Below are positions 16,701 through 24,475 of a DNA stretch of 28,963 nt, one piece after another. The notes under the pieces were generated by a model that saw nothing but the letters and a program-made list of their open reading frames with translations, did no database searches and was not told the DNA's origin. Both the position numbers and the translations under genes were made by a program. Origin of the DNA: an uncultured Oscillospiraceae bacterium (GTDB lineage Bacteria; Bacillota; Clostridia; UMGS1883); NCBI GenBank assembly GCA_964442035.1, contig CAYTWZ010000002.1, positions 2,211 through 31,173 on the forward strand. The letters are read 5' to 3'. How positions within the stretch are numbered: the first letter of the stretch is position 1; each line of letters starts with the position of its first letter.

Positions 16701-17033
16701 CAGTACGCCGTTTTCTGTTTTCCAGAAAAAAGCTTTTAAAACATCGCCGTCATCTTTTAATGTGCTGTTAAAGACAAGCGACTTGTTGCCGGTTCCGTTT
16801 GTTTCTTCGGATACCACAATGCCCTTGAGCTGCCCTAAAGAGTCATATACCGCAACAATTCCTTTCCCGCTTTCGTCTGAGCCTTTGCTTACGACCATTG
16901 ATATATTTCCGTTCTCGTCAATATCCAATGAGGTAATTGAGCAGGCAAGCTCTGCCGCCTCCGCGGCAATTGAAAAAACCATCAGCGATAAAACGATGAT
17001 AAAACATAGAACCTTTGTGGAAATGGATCTCAC
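13776..17033 (-). CDS. Secreted Cthe_2159-like beta-helix carbohydrate-binding-domain protein with duplicated N-terminal domains
   Basis: A signal peptide is followed by two near-identical 108-aa domains. A long run of GDGI(K/Q/H)xD, DDGIH, YEGIEA, DDGVNA and GDGFDSNG turns follows, which is typical of the PF14262-type parallel beta-helix. The GTG start has GAGGAGGA 6 nt upstream. Confidence 0.7.
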   Translation of the reverse strand: MRSISTKVLCFIIVLSLMVFSIAAEAAELACSITSLDIDENGNISMVVSKGSDESGKGIVAVYDSLGQLKGIVVSEETNGTGNKSLVFNSTLKDDGDVLKAFFWKTENGVLTLEPLSDVFVPVEGFKATFETDSHASIAVSDTQVFTGDEQFVTEAYARSGDTGEIDTSGNGQVNFKITADEGYEIESVEVTPSTNYKNLKLPSELGENTYRITKITGDITVTVTTKATTAEGFKATFETDSHASIAVSDTQVFTGDEQFVTEAYARSGDTGEIDTSGNGQVNFKITADEGYEIESVEVTPSTNYKNLKLPSELGENTYRITKITGDITVTVTTKATEEESPQDPVISAGDGIIHLMGDSVNADGIENVTVSGTAVTITAAGEYTVEGTLNDGQIIVNSSEKTDLITVNLDGVSVTSTTGNAFDGLKGTVTLVPTENESTFRSASSDGDTTAIYSKNDLTIKGEGTLNAISDYGNGIRCKNDIEIGVCDLNVTAANNGIKGDQSVKITKKNNSITVVSGGDGIKSDQDPEIDALTNEYVSGGSVTINGGTINITSKTTTGTDGTVSNGDGIQADTLLTITGGDITINAAGEAIKANASSIAYLEDTTLTSGTPAEGDGCVAITGGTIVASAGEDGIKAVKNITIGSGANITITKALEGIQVNEVIYDTDGATVLAYVEGEIDINGGTLDITCSEDGIQCGTGNVVVTDGNITVNSQQDCIQSENITNISGGTFDLTAYGGAPQTVSANNPEAASSCKGVKGGNLVYISGGTFNINTYDDAVHSNHTVRIIGGSITAATGDDGIHGDSYLYISDNADINITKSYEGIEAANIYVLGGETRIVSSDDGVNAAGDKPTDSAYDIDTVSALSVELLAGPGGNQGWNGGNQGWNSGPNWGGEDSSTYGYVEISGGLVYIEAEGDGFDSNGSALISGGTLLVNGPTSGGNGVFDIGDNNGDTLSITGGTVIGAGSSDMAITPDSAKQYYVVTSSSSSGSGMWGGSGGFSSQSAGKAFKLTNSSGDEIVTYVPSKAYAWVFISTPEIKSGSYTLNYGGSVTGGAFTGKEPYGIVTGGTYSGSSSCALTSVSK
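16031..16665 (-). repeat. Near-perfect tandem duplication (2 x 324 bp, in frame) inside the large secreted protein gene
   Basis: 16031-16341 is repeated at 16355-16665 with an offset of 324. The only differences I see are two C/T changes near 16316/16640 and 16325/16649. Confidence 0.9.
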
Positions 17034-17165
17034 TATTATTCCTCCTCTTTCTTTTTTATTTTATAATTATTTTTTTATTTATATTTATTTATCGACTATC
17101 ATTACCTGCGTTGACGTACTTGGGAGACATTATGCTACCGACTGAATAGTATTTCATTTGCTTAA

Positions 17166-17193
17166 ATTATAACATGATTTGTAAAAAAGTCAA
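17166..17193 (-). promoter_or_regulatory. Sigma-A promoter of the large secreted protein gene
   Basis: On the minus strand: TTGACT (17193-17188), a 16-nt spacer, and an extended -10 TGtTATAAT (TATAAT at 17171-17166). The -35 overlaps a perfect 14-bp palindrome TCAACGCGCGTTGA (17190-17203). Confidence 0.55.
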
Positions 17194-17273
17194 CGCGCGT
17201 TGAAAAAATAATTTACAATTTACATCGGCGTAAAAGTGTATTAAAAATTATTTAAAAAAGATTTGAAAAACTC

Positions 17274-17302
17274 TTGACATTTGTGGAAAAACCATATACA
17301 AT
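17274..17302 (+). promoter_or_regulatory. Sigma-A promoter of potABCD
   Basis: TTGACA (17274-17279), a 17-nt spacer, and TACAAT (17297-17302). Confidence 0.6.
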
Positions 17303-17310
17303 ACACTTAT

Positions 17311-17366
17311 AAAAACGGTACGAGTGGCGGATTTGGCGTGCATAGTCCTCCACAGTACCGTTTTTT
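17311..17366 (+). terminator. Intrinsic-terminator-like hairpin in the potABCD leader
   Basis: AAAAACGGTAC (17311-17321) pairs with GTACCGTTTTT (17355-17365). An inner extension pairs GTGGCGGA with TCCTCCAC. A T6 run lies at 17361-17366. A second hairpin TTCCGCG/CGCGGAA follows at 17370-17391. Confidence 0.5.
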
Positions 17367-17450
17367 ATATTCCGCGGTGCTTTTCGCGGAAAATCGTGAG
17401 GGAGCGCTACGATAATTGCACTTCGTAAAAATTAAAGGGGTGACGCAGTT

Positions 17451-18944
17451 GTGAAGGACAACAAAAACATTATCATCGAGCTGAAAAACGTCTCGAAACA
17501 TTACGGTCAGACTTATGCAGTAGAGGATTTTAACTTATACGTGAAGAAGGGTGAGTTCGTTACTTTCCTAGGGCCTTCGGGCTGCGGTAAGACCACTACG
17601 CTTCGTATGATCGCGGGCTTTGAAATGCCCACCGGGGGCGAGATACTGCTTAACGGCAAGAATATCGCCAATCTTCCTCCCTACCACCGTCCGGTAAACA
17701 CGGTGTTTCAGCGCTACGCTCTGTTTCCGCATCTGGACGTTTACGACAACATTGCCTTCGGCCTTAAGCTGAAGAAGATCAACGACGGCAACGGGAAGAA
17801 GCGCAAGCTTACCAATAAGGAGATCAGCGAAAAGGTCAGGGGAGCGCTAAAAATCGTTGACCTTGAGGAGTATGAGGACCGGGACATCGCCACACTGAGC
17901 GGCGGACAGCAGCAGCGCATTGCTATTGCCCGAGCTATCGTAAACGAGCCCGAGATACTTCTTCTGGACGAGCCTCTGGGTGCGCTGGATCTTAAGATGC
18001 GCAAGGATATGCAGCTGGAGCTTAAGGAAATGCACAAAAAGCTGGGTATCACGTTTATTTATGTTACACATGATCAGGAGGAGGCGCTTACTCTGTCGGA
18101 CACTATTGTGGTAATGAAGGACGGCATGATTCAGCAGATCGGCACGCCAGAGGGCATCTACAACGAACCGGCCAACGCCTTTGTGGCCGACTTCATTGGC
18201 GAAAGCAATATCTATAACGGCACAATGATTGACAAGCTTAAGGTTCGGTTTCTCGGTCATGTGTTTGAAGCCCTTGACGACTTTGACAAAAATGAAAAGG
18301 TGGATGTTGTGGTACGTCCCGAGGATATCCACCTTGTGCCTCCGGGAGAGGGAATGCTGGACGGCAAGCTTATCAGCAAGATATTTAAGGGTATACACTA
18401 TGAGTATACTATGATGGTGGGCCGCAATGAGGTGATCATTCAGGATACCCGGAACATGGATATCAACTGTGAAGCAGGTATAATAATCGAGCCTGACGGC
18501 ATACATATAATGAAAAAGGAGCTCACTGCCAACGTATATGATGACGCCTACATTGACAAAAACAACAATGTAGTTATTTCAGATTCCCACTTCCCCTGTG
18601 ATGTGACAAAGCTGGTAGAAGGCTCAACTCTTGACAGTGATGGCTATGTGGTTGGACCTGACGGTACGGTGTACGACTTTACCGATGCGGATGTAAAAGC
18701 CACCATCGGCCTTGCGGATGTGGAAATACTTGACAACGTGGATGAGGGCGCTGTTCAGGGCAATGTTGTGGAGATTATATACAAGGGCGACCACTATGTT
18801 CTCACTGTACGTACCGATGAGGATGAGGACTTTGTTCTGGGTACGGAATATACATATGACGAGGGAGACCGCGTGGGTATACGTGTAAAGCCCGAGCATA
18901 TCGGCCTTACTCTGAAGGGGGAGGCAAAGAAATATGCGAAATAA
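17451..18944 (+). CDS. potA: Spermidine/putrescine ABC transporter ATP-binding protein with an extra C-terminal TOBE-like domain
   Basis: Motifs are Walker A GPSGCGKTT, LSGGQQQR and Walker B LLLDEP. The first TOBE region is followed by ~120 further aa ending in a second TOBE-like beta segment. The ORF-track start is GTG. Confidence 0.9.
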   Translation: MKDNKNIIIELKNVSKHYGQTYAVEDFNLYVKKGEFVTFLGPSGCGKTTTLRMIAGFEMPTGGEILLNGKNIANLPPYHRPVNTVFQRYALFPHLDVYDNIAFGLKLKKINDGNGKKRKLTNKEISEKVRGALKIVDLEEYEDRDIATLSGGQQQRIAIARAIVNEPEILLLDEPLGALDLKMRKDMQLELKEMHKKLGITFIYVTHDQEEALTLSDTIVVMKDGMIQQIGTPEGIYNEPANAFVADFIGESNIYNGTMIDKLKVRFLGHVFEALDDFDKNEKVDVVVRPEDIHLVPPGEGMLDGKLISKIFKGIHYEYTMMVGRNEVIIQDTRNMDINCEAGIIIEPDGIHIMKKELTANVYDDAYIDKNNNVVISDSHFPCDVTKLVEGSTLDSDGYVVGPDGTVYDFTDADVKATIGLADVEILDNVDEGAVQGNVVEIIYKGDHYVLTVRTDEDEDFVLGTEYTYDEGDRVGIRVKPEHIGLTLKGEAKKYAK

Positions 18945-19737
18945 AAGTCTACGATTTCAGCGTAAATATCTTTCCATTCCTTATATGGTATTTATGGTCC
19001 TGTTTGTGGTGATACCATTAGTTCTGATCATTGCCTATGCCGCAACTGATCAGGGAGGGCAGCTTTCGGCGGAAAATCTGCTGTCCTTTTTCAGGGACAC
19101 CAACAATATTAATACCCTTATTATCAGCTTCTATATCGGCATCGGGAATACGGCTCTTTGCCTTTTGATAGGCTATCCTGTGGCTTTTCTTCTGGCTAAG
19201 AAGAATTTGGGCTTTACCATGGCTACGGTCCTGCTCTTTGTGATGCCAATGTGGATCAACTTTGTACTTCGTACGGCAGCTACAAGGGATCTGCTGTTCT
19301 GGTTAGGGCTCAATGGCGGTGAGCATCCTTACGTGGCTACAATGATAGGTATGGTATACAATTATCTGCCATTTACTATACTTCCCCTCTATACCACAAT
19401 GATAAAAATGGATCGAAGCCAGATCGAAGCCGGTTATGACCTGGGGGCTACTCCGGCGCAGGTGTTTGTGAAAAACATACTGCCCATGACCATGCCAGGT
19501 ATAGTTTCTGCGGCAACGATGGTTTTTATGCCCACTATGAGCAGCTACGTAATTTCCGACGTTATGGGTGAGAGAAAAATTTCCCTTATAGGCAACAGCA
19601 TTCAGTTGTACTTTGATCAGGGTCTGTGGCATATGGGCAGCCTTGTGGCGCTGGTAATGCTGGCAATTATACTTTTCGGCTCCTTCCTGACGCGTAATAT
19701 TAAGACTGACGACGATGCAAGAGGAGGGCTTTGGTAA
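18934..19737 (+). CDS. potB: Spermidine/putrescine ABC transporter permease
   Basis: It is a 6-TM permease with the EAA-like loop (IEAGYDLGATPAQVF). Its start overlaps the potA stop. Confidence 0.85.
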   Translation: MRNKSLRFQRKYLSIPYMVFMVLFVVIPLVLIIAYAATDQGGQLSAENLLSFFRDTNNINTLIISFYIGIGNTALCLLIGYPVAFLLAKKNLGFTMATVLLFVMPMWINFVLRTAATRDLLFWLGLNGGEHPYVATMIGMVYNYLPFTILPLYTTMIKMDRSQIEAGYDLGATPAQVFVKNILPMTMPGIVSAATMVFMPTMSSYVISDVMGERKISLIGNSIQLYFDQGLWHMGSLVALVMLAIILFGSFLTRNIKTDDDARGGLW

Positions 19738-19738
19738 A

Positions 19739-20542
19739 ATGAAAAATTCCCGTTTTCTTGATTTTGTATCAAAGTTTTATGTTTATTTAGTGTTGCTGGT
19801 AATGTACGCGCCCATTCTGGTGCTGATTATTTTCAGCTTTACCAATACCAAGCTAATTGGCAGCTGGAACGGCTTCAGCCTGCATCTGTATTCGGCACTT
19901 TTCAAAAACAAGGAGATAGTAGGCGCGGCGGTAAATACCTTTGCAGTGGCCTTCTCCTCCGCGGCGGTTTCCACTGTGCTTGGTACGCTGGGGGCTATTG
20001 GTATTTTTTACAGCAGCAAGCGCAGCAAGGCTATTATGGAAGGCATTGGCCAGATACCGGTAATGAACGCCGAGATCGTCACCGCTCTTTCCCTGACAAT
20101 ACTGTTTGTATTCTGCGGCGTAAAGTTCAACTTTCTGACATTGCTTGTGGGCCATGTGGTTCTGACTATCCCGTTTGTGGTACTCAGCGTCCGTCCCAAG
20201 CTGACGCAGATGGATCCTAACGTCTATGAGGCGGCTCTTGATTTGGGAGCCACCCCAAATAAGGCGCTGATGAAGGTAGTAATGCCAGAAGTCATCCCCG
20301 GGGTGATCAGCGGCTTTATCCTTTCAGTCACCTTGAGTCTTGACGATTATATCATCACTGCCTTTACAAGGGATACCTCCTTCCAGACCCTGAGCACCTA
20401 CGTTTACGGTGTGACAAGCAAAAAGGGCACACTGCCCCCGTCTCTCAGGGCGCTTACCACTATTATAACCCTTCTTGCCATGGCTGTGCTCCTGGTGGCC
20501 AATCTTCGTAGCGGCGGCAAAGTAAAAAAGACAAGGCGCTAA
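19739..20542 (+). CDS. potC: Spermidine/putrescine ABC transporter permease
   Basis: It is a permease with the loop YEAALDLGATPNKAL. I prefer ATG 19739, directly after the potB stop. ATG 19715 is the alternative. Confidence 0.85.
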   Translation: MKNSRFLDFVSKFYVYLVLLVMYAPILVLIIFSFTNTKLIGSWNGFSLHLYSALFKNKEIVGAAVNTFAVAFSSAAVSTVLGTLGAIGIFYSSKRSKAIMEGIGQIPVMNAEIVTALSLTILFVFCGVKFNFLTLLVGHVVLTIPFVVLSVRPKLTQMDPNVYEAALDLGATPNKALMKVVMPEVIPGVISGFILSVTLSLDDYIITAFTRDTSFQTLSTYVYGVTSKKGTLPPSLRALTTIITLLAMAVLLVANLRSGGKVKKTRR

Positions 20543-20559
20543 GGGAGGTAATGTATGAA

Positions 20560-21990
20560 ATGAAAAGAATTATTGCCGCACTTATGGTGACTATGTTTTT
20601 TGCGTGTCTGCTGCCCTGTGCTTACGCTACAGGGGACGAGCAGGTGCTTCGGGTCTACAACTGGCAGGACTATATTAACGAGGGCCTTGACGACGATGGG
20701 GAAAAGGTGGATGACTCCGTTATTGAGCTGTGGGAGGCGGACTATTTTGAACGCACCGGCAAAAGAGTCAGGGTTCAGTATGACACCTTTGAGACCAACG
20801 AGACTATGCTGAACACCCTTCGCACCGGCAAGACTCAATATGATCTGGTCTGCCCTTCGGATTATATAATCCAGAAGATGCTTATCGAAACTCAAAGCGG
20901 TGTTGACGAAAACATCATGATTGAAAAATACGATCTTTCCAAAATGCCCAACTATAATGCCAACTGCTCTCCCTATATTCGGGATATATTTGACCGTTAC
21001 GGCTGGACAGATTACGCCGTTGGCTATATGTGGGGTAGCGTAGGTATAGTTTATAACCCCGAGACTGTCAGGGAGGAGGATGTAAAGACATGGGACATCC
21101 TCTGGAATCCTGACTACAAGAATAAGATTACCTGTAAAGATACCTCGCGTGACGCCTATGTAATAGGTCTGCTTAAGGTCTATGAGGATGAGCTGAGGGC
21201 CAACCGCGCCGCCTATGACAAGGGTGAGATCACCGGGGAGGAGCTTCAAAGGCGAACTCACCAAATCGTTAACCGGGTGGAGGATCAGGACATATACAAG
21301 GTCGAGGCTGCCCTAAAAGAAATGAAGGACAACATCTACGGCTTTGAGGCTGACAGCGGCAAGACTGATATTGTTTCCGGCAAAATTACCGCTAATGTTG
21401 CCTGGAGCGGCGATGCGGTCTACGCAATGGATCTTGCCGAGGAGGAGGACAACAAGTATCTCAACTATGTTGTTCCCGATGAAGGCAGCACTATCTGGTT
21501 TGACGGCTGGGTAATGCCGAAGGGAGCCAATGTGGAGCTGGCTCAGGACTTTGTAGACTTCCTTTGCCGTCCCGAAATCGCCGCCCGGAACGTGGAGTAC
21601 ATCGGTTATACCAGTGTGGTGGCCGGGGATGAACTGTTTGAGCTTGTATATGACTGGTACGGTGACAGTGATGGAGATATTGAGCATGACGTCAGCTATT
21701 TCTTTGACGGAACTCTTTCACCCCAAAACCTTACCGACGGCAGGGCCATTATCCGCACAAGTGAGGAAAACCGTCAGCTTATGGCCATGTACCCGGATAT
21801 GGACACATCCTTCCGTTGCGGCATAATGGAGGATTTCGGCTCTCAAAACGAGCAGGTTCTGAGGGCTTGGAGCCGTGTCAAGGGTACAAACCTTCCATTC
21901 GGAATGTATGTTGTTGCTATAGTGATAGTTGTGGGCGCTGCTGTCCTGTCAATACTGTATGGAGGAAAATACAAAAAAAGAAGAAGATAA
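20560..21990 (+). CDS. potD: Spermidine/putrescine-binding periplasmic-type protein with a C-terminal TM anchor
   Basis: The fold is PotD/PotF-like (NWQDYI..., YDLVCPSDY, WFDGW). It has an N-terminal signal or lipoprotein-like sequence with Cys residues. The C-terminal hydrophobic helix MYVVAIVIVVGAAVLSILY is followed by KYKKRRR. ATG 20560 lies 11 nt after GGAGG. Confidence 0.85.
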   Translation: MKRIIAALMVTMFFACLLPCAYATGDEQVLRVYNWQDYINEGLDDDGEKVDDSVIELWEADYFERTGKRVRVQYDTFETNETMLNTLRTGKTQYDLVCPSDYIIQKMLIETQSGVDENIMIEKYDLSKMPNYNANCSPYIRDIFDRYGWTDYAVGYMWGSVGIVYNPETVREEDVKTWDILWNPDYKNKITCKDTSRDAYVIGLLKVYEDELRANRAAYDKGEITGEELQRRTHQIVNRVEDQDIYKVEAALKEMKDNIYGFEADSGKTDIVSGKITANVAWSGDAVYAMDLAEEEDNKYLNYVVPDEGSTIWFDGWVMPKGANVELAQDFVDFLCRPEIAARNVEYIGYTSVVAGDELFELVYDWYGDSDGDIEHDVSYFFDGTLSPQNLTDGRAIIRTSEENRQLMAMYPDMDTSFRCGIMEDFGSQNEQVLRAWSRVKGTNLPFGMYVVAIVIVVGAAVLSILYGGKYKKRRR

Positions 21991-21994
21991 ACGC

Positions 21995-22025
21995 AAAAAT
22001 CCGGGACAATAAGCCCCGGATTTTT
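21995..22025. terminator. Bidirectional rho-independent terminator between potD and the convergent nucleotidyltransferase gene
   Basis: ATCCGGG (21999-22005) pairs with CCCGGAT (22015-22021). An A5 run lies on the left and a T5 run on the right. Confidence 0.7.
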
Positions 22026-22054
22026 GTGGGTCAGGGACTTTTACTTGGAGCCAT

Positions 22055-24451
22055 TCAATCCTCCAATATCTCGTCCACACACATATCCGCCAGCTCACGG
22101 GCGTATTCTTCACAGTACCCTTGGCTGGTTATATTTATGGAAGAGAAACCCTCCGATGGAGTCAGCAGTACCCAGCCCTTGTCAAAGCTCAGTTTTATAC
22201 CGTCGGTCAGATCCATAGGCTGGCTTTGATGACGGCTGTATATTTTGTTCATAGCTTGGGAGGTTTCGGCGCAGTCTACACCGGTGTGTATCATGTGGGT
22301 CTCGGGCAGACGGGCAAGAAGCTCGGACAATGAAGCGTTTTCGCTTTTCATAAAGTCAATCAGCTTGATCAGCGCGCCCACCGCATCAAAGGCGTAGATA
22401 AACTGGTCATACAGCATGGGGTCATCGGATTTGGTCAGCTCGCGCATAAGCTCCGGCGGAGAATTACGGGTGCGTACCACTACAGCACCGTATTTTTCAG
22501 CCAAAAGCTCAACTCCCGAAGGCGCTGATATCGGAACGTAGATTTTGGCGCCCCTGTGGGTATGCATTACAATCATAGCGGACAGAAGAGTGTATATATC
22601 ACGGCTGATTATTCTCCCGCTAATATCGATGAGGGTCAGTTCCTGACAGGACGGGTCGATAACAGCTCCCAGATCCGCGCCTTCTTCCTTTACGGCCTGG
22701 GCGATCTCATGAGGGCCTTTGTCAGAGGTCTCCACATGGCAGTTGAGATCATTGCCGGCGCTTTTCAGCAGACGCTTTGCCCAGTCGGAGCTGCCTCCTA
22801 CCAGCAACTTGTAGCCGAGGCTTTGCTTTTTAGTGGAGTTGATAAGGTTTTTGAGATAAAACAGCTTGTATTCAAAAAGGTACTCCGCATCCTTAATGTT
22901 TTCGCTGCTCCCCCGGGAAAAGTCCTCCAGTCGAAAGCTGCTTTTAAGCCTGTTCATCAGCTCGGACTGCGGGTCTGCACCGTTGGGACCTATGAGCTTG
23001 ATTTCTCCGTAGTCAGCTCCTCCCCGGGTATATACGTTTACCGCCGCACCGCCCCACAGCCGATGAAAGCGGACTCCGCTTCGGCTTACTGGAAGAGGCT
23101 GTTCCCCAAAGTCAAAGATTTTTGCTCCTGTGGAGAGCACTCCGCCGATGAAGGCGGATTTCAGCATTGCCGCCGCCGGTGAGCCGCTGTCGGATACGCC
23201 TACGCCGCAGCCATCCGCTGCTGTGCCAAAGGCTGCACCAAGGAGGGTCATTGTTTCGGGAGTTATTTCGCTGCCAAGCTCTCCCTGTACTCCGGCAGAG
23301 CTCCATATCCGTCCTCCCCCTACGCTACCCCATATAAGGTTGGAATGCTGCACGGTATCCGGAGGAAGCTCCTTATGTGGCCATATACGGACACCGGGCT
23401 TTACGGCACAGTTTTCACCTACCACGCTGCCGCTGCCTATCACTGCCTGCTCGTATACGGCGCTCCCGCGTTTAAGGACAGCTTCGCGGTCTATTACCGC
23501 ACCTCTAAGCTGAGCGTTTTCCTCCAGTCTGCATCCGTCAAGGGCAATGCCCCGCTTGATGCCGGATCCGGCACAGAGAGTGACCCCGCGGCCTATTACG
23601 CTGTAGGGCTCTACTCTGGAACCACGTAGGATACGGCTGCGCCCTCCGATAAATGCCGGCGGGCGCAGTACGGCTCCCTGCTGTATTTCGGCCCCGCTTT
23701 CAACCCAGATGCCCTCACTGTATTCCTCCGGCATGTTCAGCGCGGTTTTCCGATCAAGTATATCCCCGTGACAGCGGCGGTAGTCCCCAAGGCTCCCGAT
23801 GTTGCACCAGTATCCGCCGTGGGGCATACCGTATATACCGCGTTTGTCATTAAGCAAAACCGGAAATATGTCTCGTATCAGGTCAGTAAAAATTCCCTCG
23901 GGTATCAGTGTCAGCAGCTTAGGCGAGAGCACTCCCACTCCGCAGCTTATATATGAGGATGCAACAAGCCCCCAGTCCGTACTTTCGAACAGCCTGTTTA
24001 TCCGTCCTCCTTCTCCGATGGTCATTGTCGCCCGGTGAGGATATGGGGAGGCGGGTGCCAGCGCAATGGAGGCCAATGCTTTGCGGCTTTTGTGGAAACG
24101 AATAAGAGACGTAATGTCCATGTCCGTTATCACCGAGCCGCTCATTGCAACAAAGTCCCCATCTACAAAGTCCCAGGCGTTTTTTAACGCTCCGGCAGTA
24201 CCCAAGGGTGTATCTTCATTAAAATACGTCAGTCTAACTCCTAAGGCCGTACCGTCACCGAAAAATTCGCGTATTTTGCCTGCCATGTACCCTTCTGTTA
24301 CGGCAATTTCAGTTATGGCGTGCTTCTTCAGTAGCTTTATACAGTGCTCCATTATGGGCGCACCCATAATATTGAGCATAGGCTTTGGCCTGTCACAGGT
24401 GAGCGGCCTAAGCCGCGTGCCCTCGCCGCCGGCCAGAATTATAGCTTTCAC
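22055..24451 (-). CDS. Sugar-phosphate nucleotidyltransferase (GlmU/ManC-like with LbH domain) fused to a phosphohexomutase-like domain
   Basis: The N-terminal motif is LAGGEGTRLRPLT..PKP. Hexapeptide-repeat segments follow, then a four-subdomain PGM/PMM-like C-terminal half. The GTG start has AAGGGGGA 7 nt upstream. Confidence 0.8.
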   Translation of the reverse strand: MKAIILAGGEGTRLRPLTCDRPKPMLNIMGAPIMEHCIKLLKKHAITEIAVTEGYMAGKIREFFGDGTALGVRLTYFNEDTPLGTAGALKNAWDFVDGDFVAMSGSVITDMDITSLIRFHKSRKALASIALAPASPYPHRATMTIGEGGRINRLFESTDWGLVASSYISCGVGVLSPKLLTLIPEGIFTDLIRDIFPVLLNDKRGIYGMPHGGYWCNIGSLGDYRRCHGDILDRKTALNMPEEYSEGIWVESGAEIQQGAVLRPPAFIGGRSRILRGSRVEPYSVIGRGVTLCAGSGIKRGIALDGCRLEENAQLRGAVIDREAVLKRGSAVYEQAVIGSGSVVGENCAVKPGVRIWPHKELPPDTVQHSNLIWGSVGGGRIWSSAGVQGELGSEITPETMTLLGAAFGTAADGCGVGVSDSGSPAAAMLKSAFIGGVLSTGAKIFDFGEQPLPVSRSGVRFHRLWGGAAVNVYTRGGADYGEIKLIGPNGADPQSELMNRLKSSFRLEDFSRGSSENIKDAEYLFEYKLFYLKNLINSTKKQSLGYKLLVGGSSDWAKRLLKSAGNDLNCHVETSDKGPHEIAQAVKEEGADLGAVIDPSCQELTLIDISGRIISRDIYTLLSAMIVMHTHRGAKIYVPISAPSGVELLAEKYGAVVVRTRNSPPELMRELTKSDDPMLYDQFIYAFDAVGALIKLIDFMKSENASLSELLARLPETHMIHTGVDCAETSQAMNKIYSRHQSQPMDLTDGIKLSFDKGWVLLTPSEGFSSINITSQGYCEEYARELADMCVDEILED

Positions 24452-24475
24452 CGTTGTTTCCCCCTTTTGTTTTCA

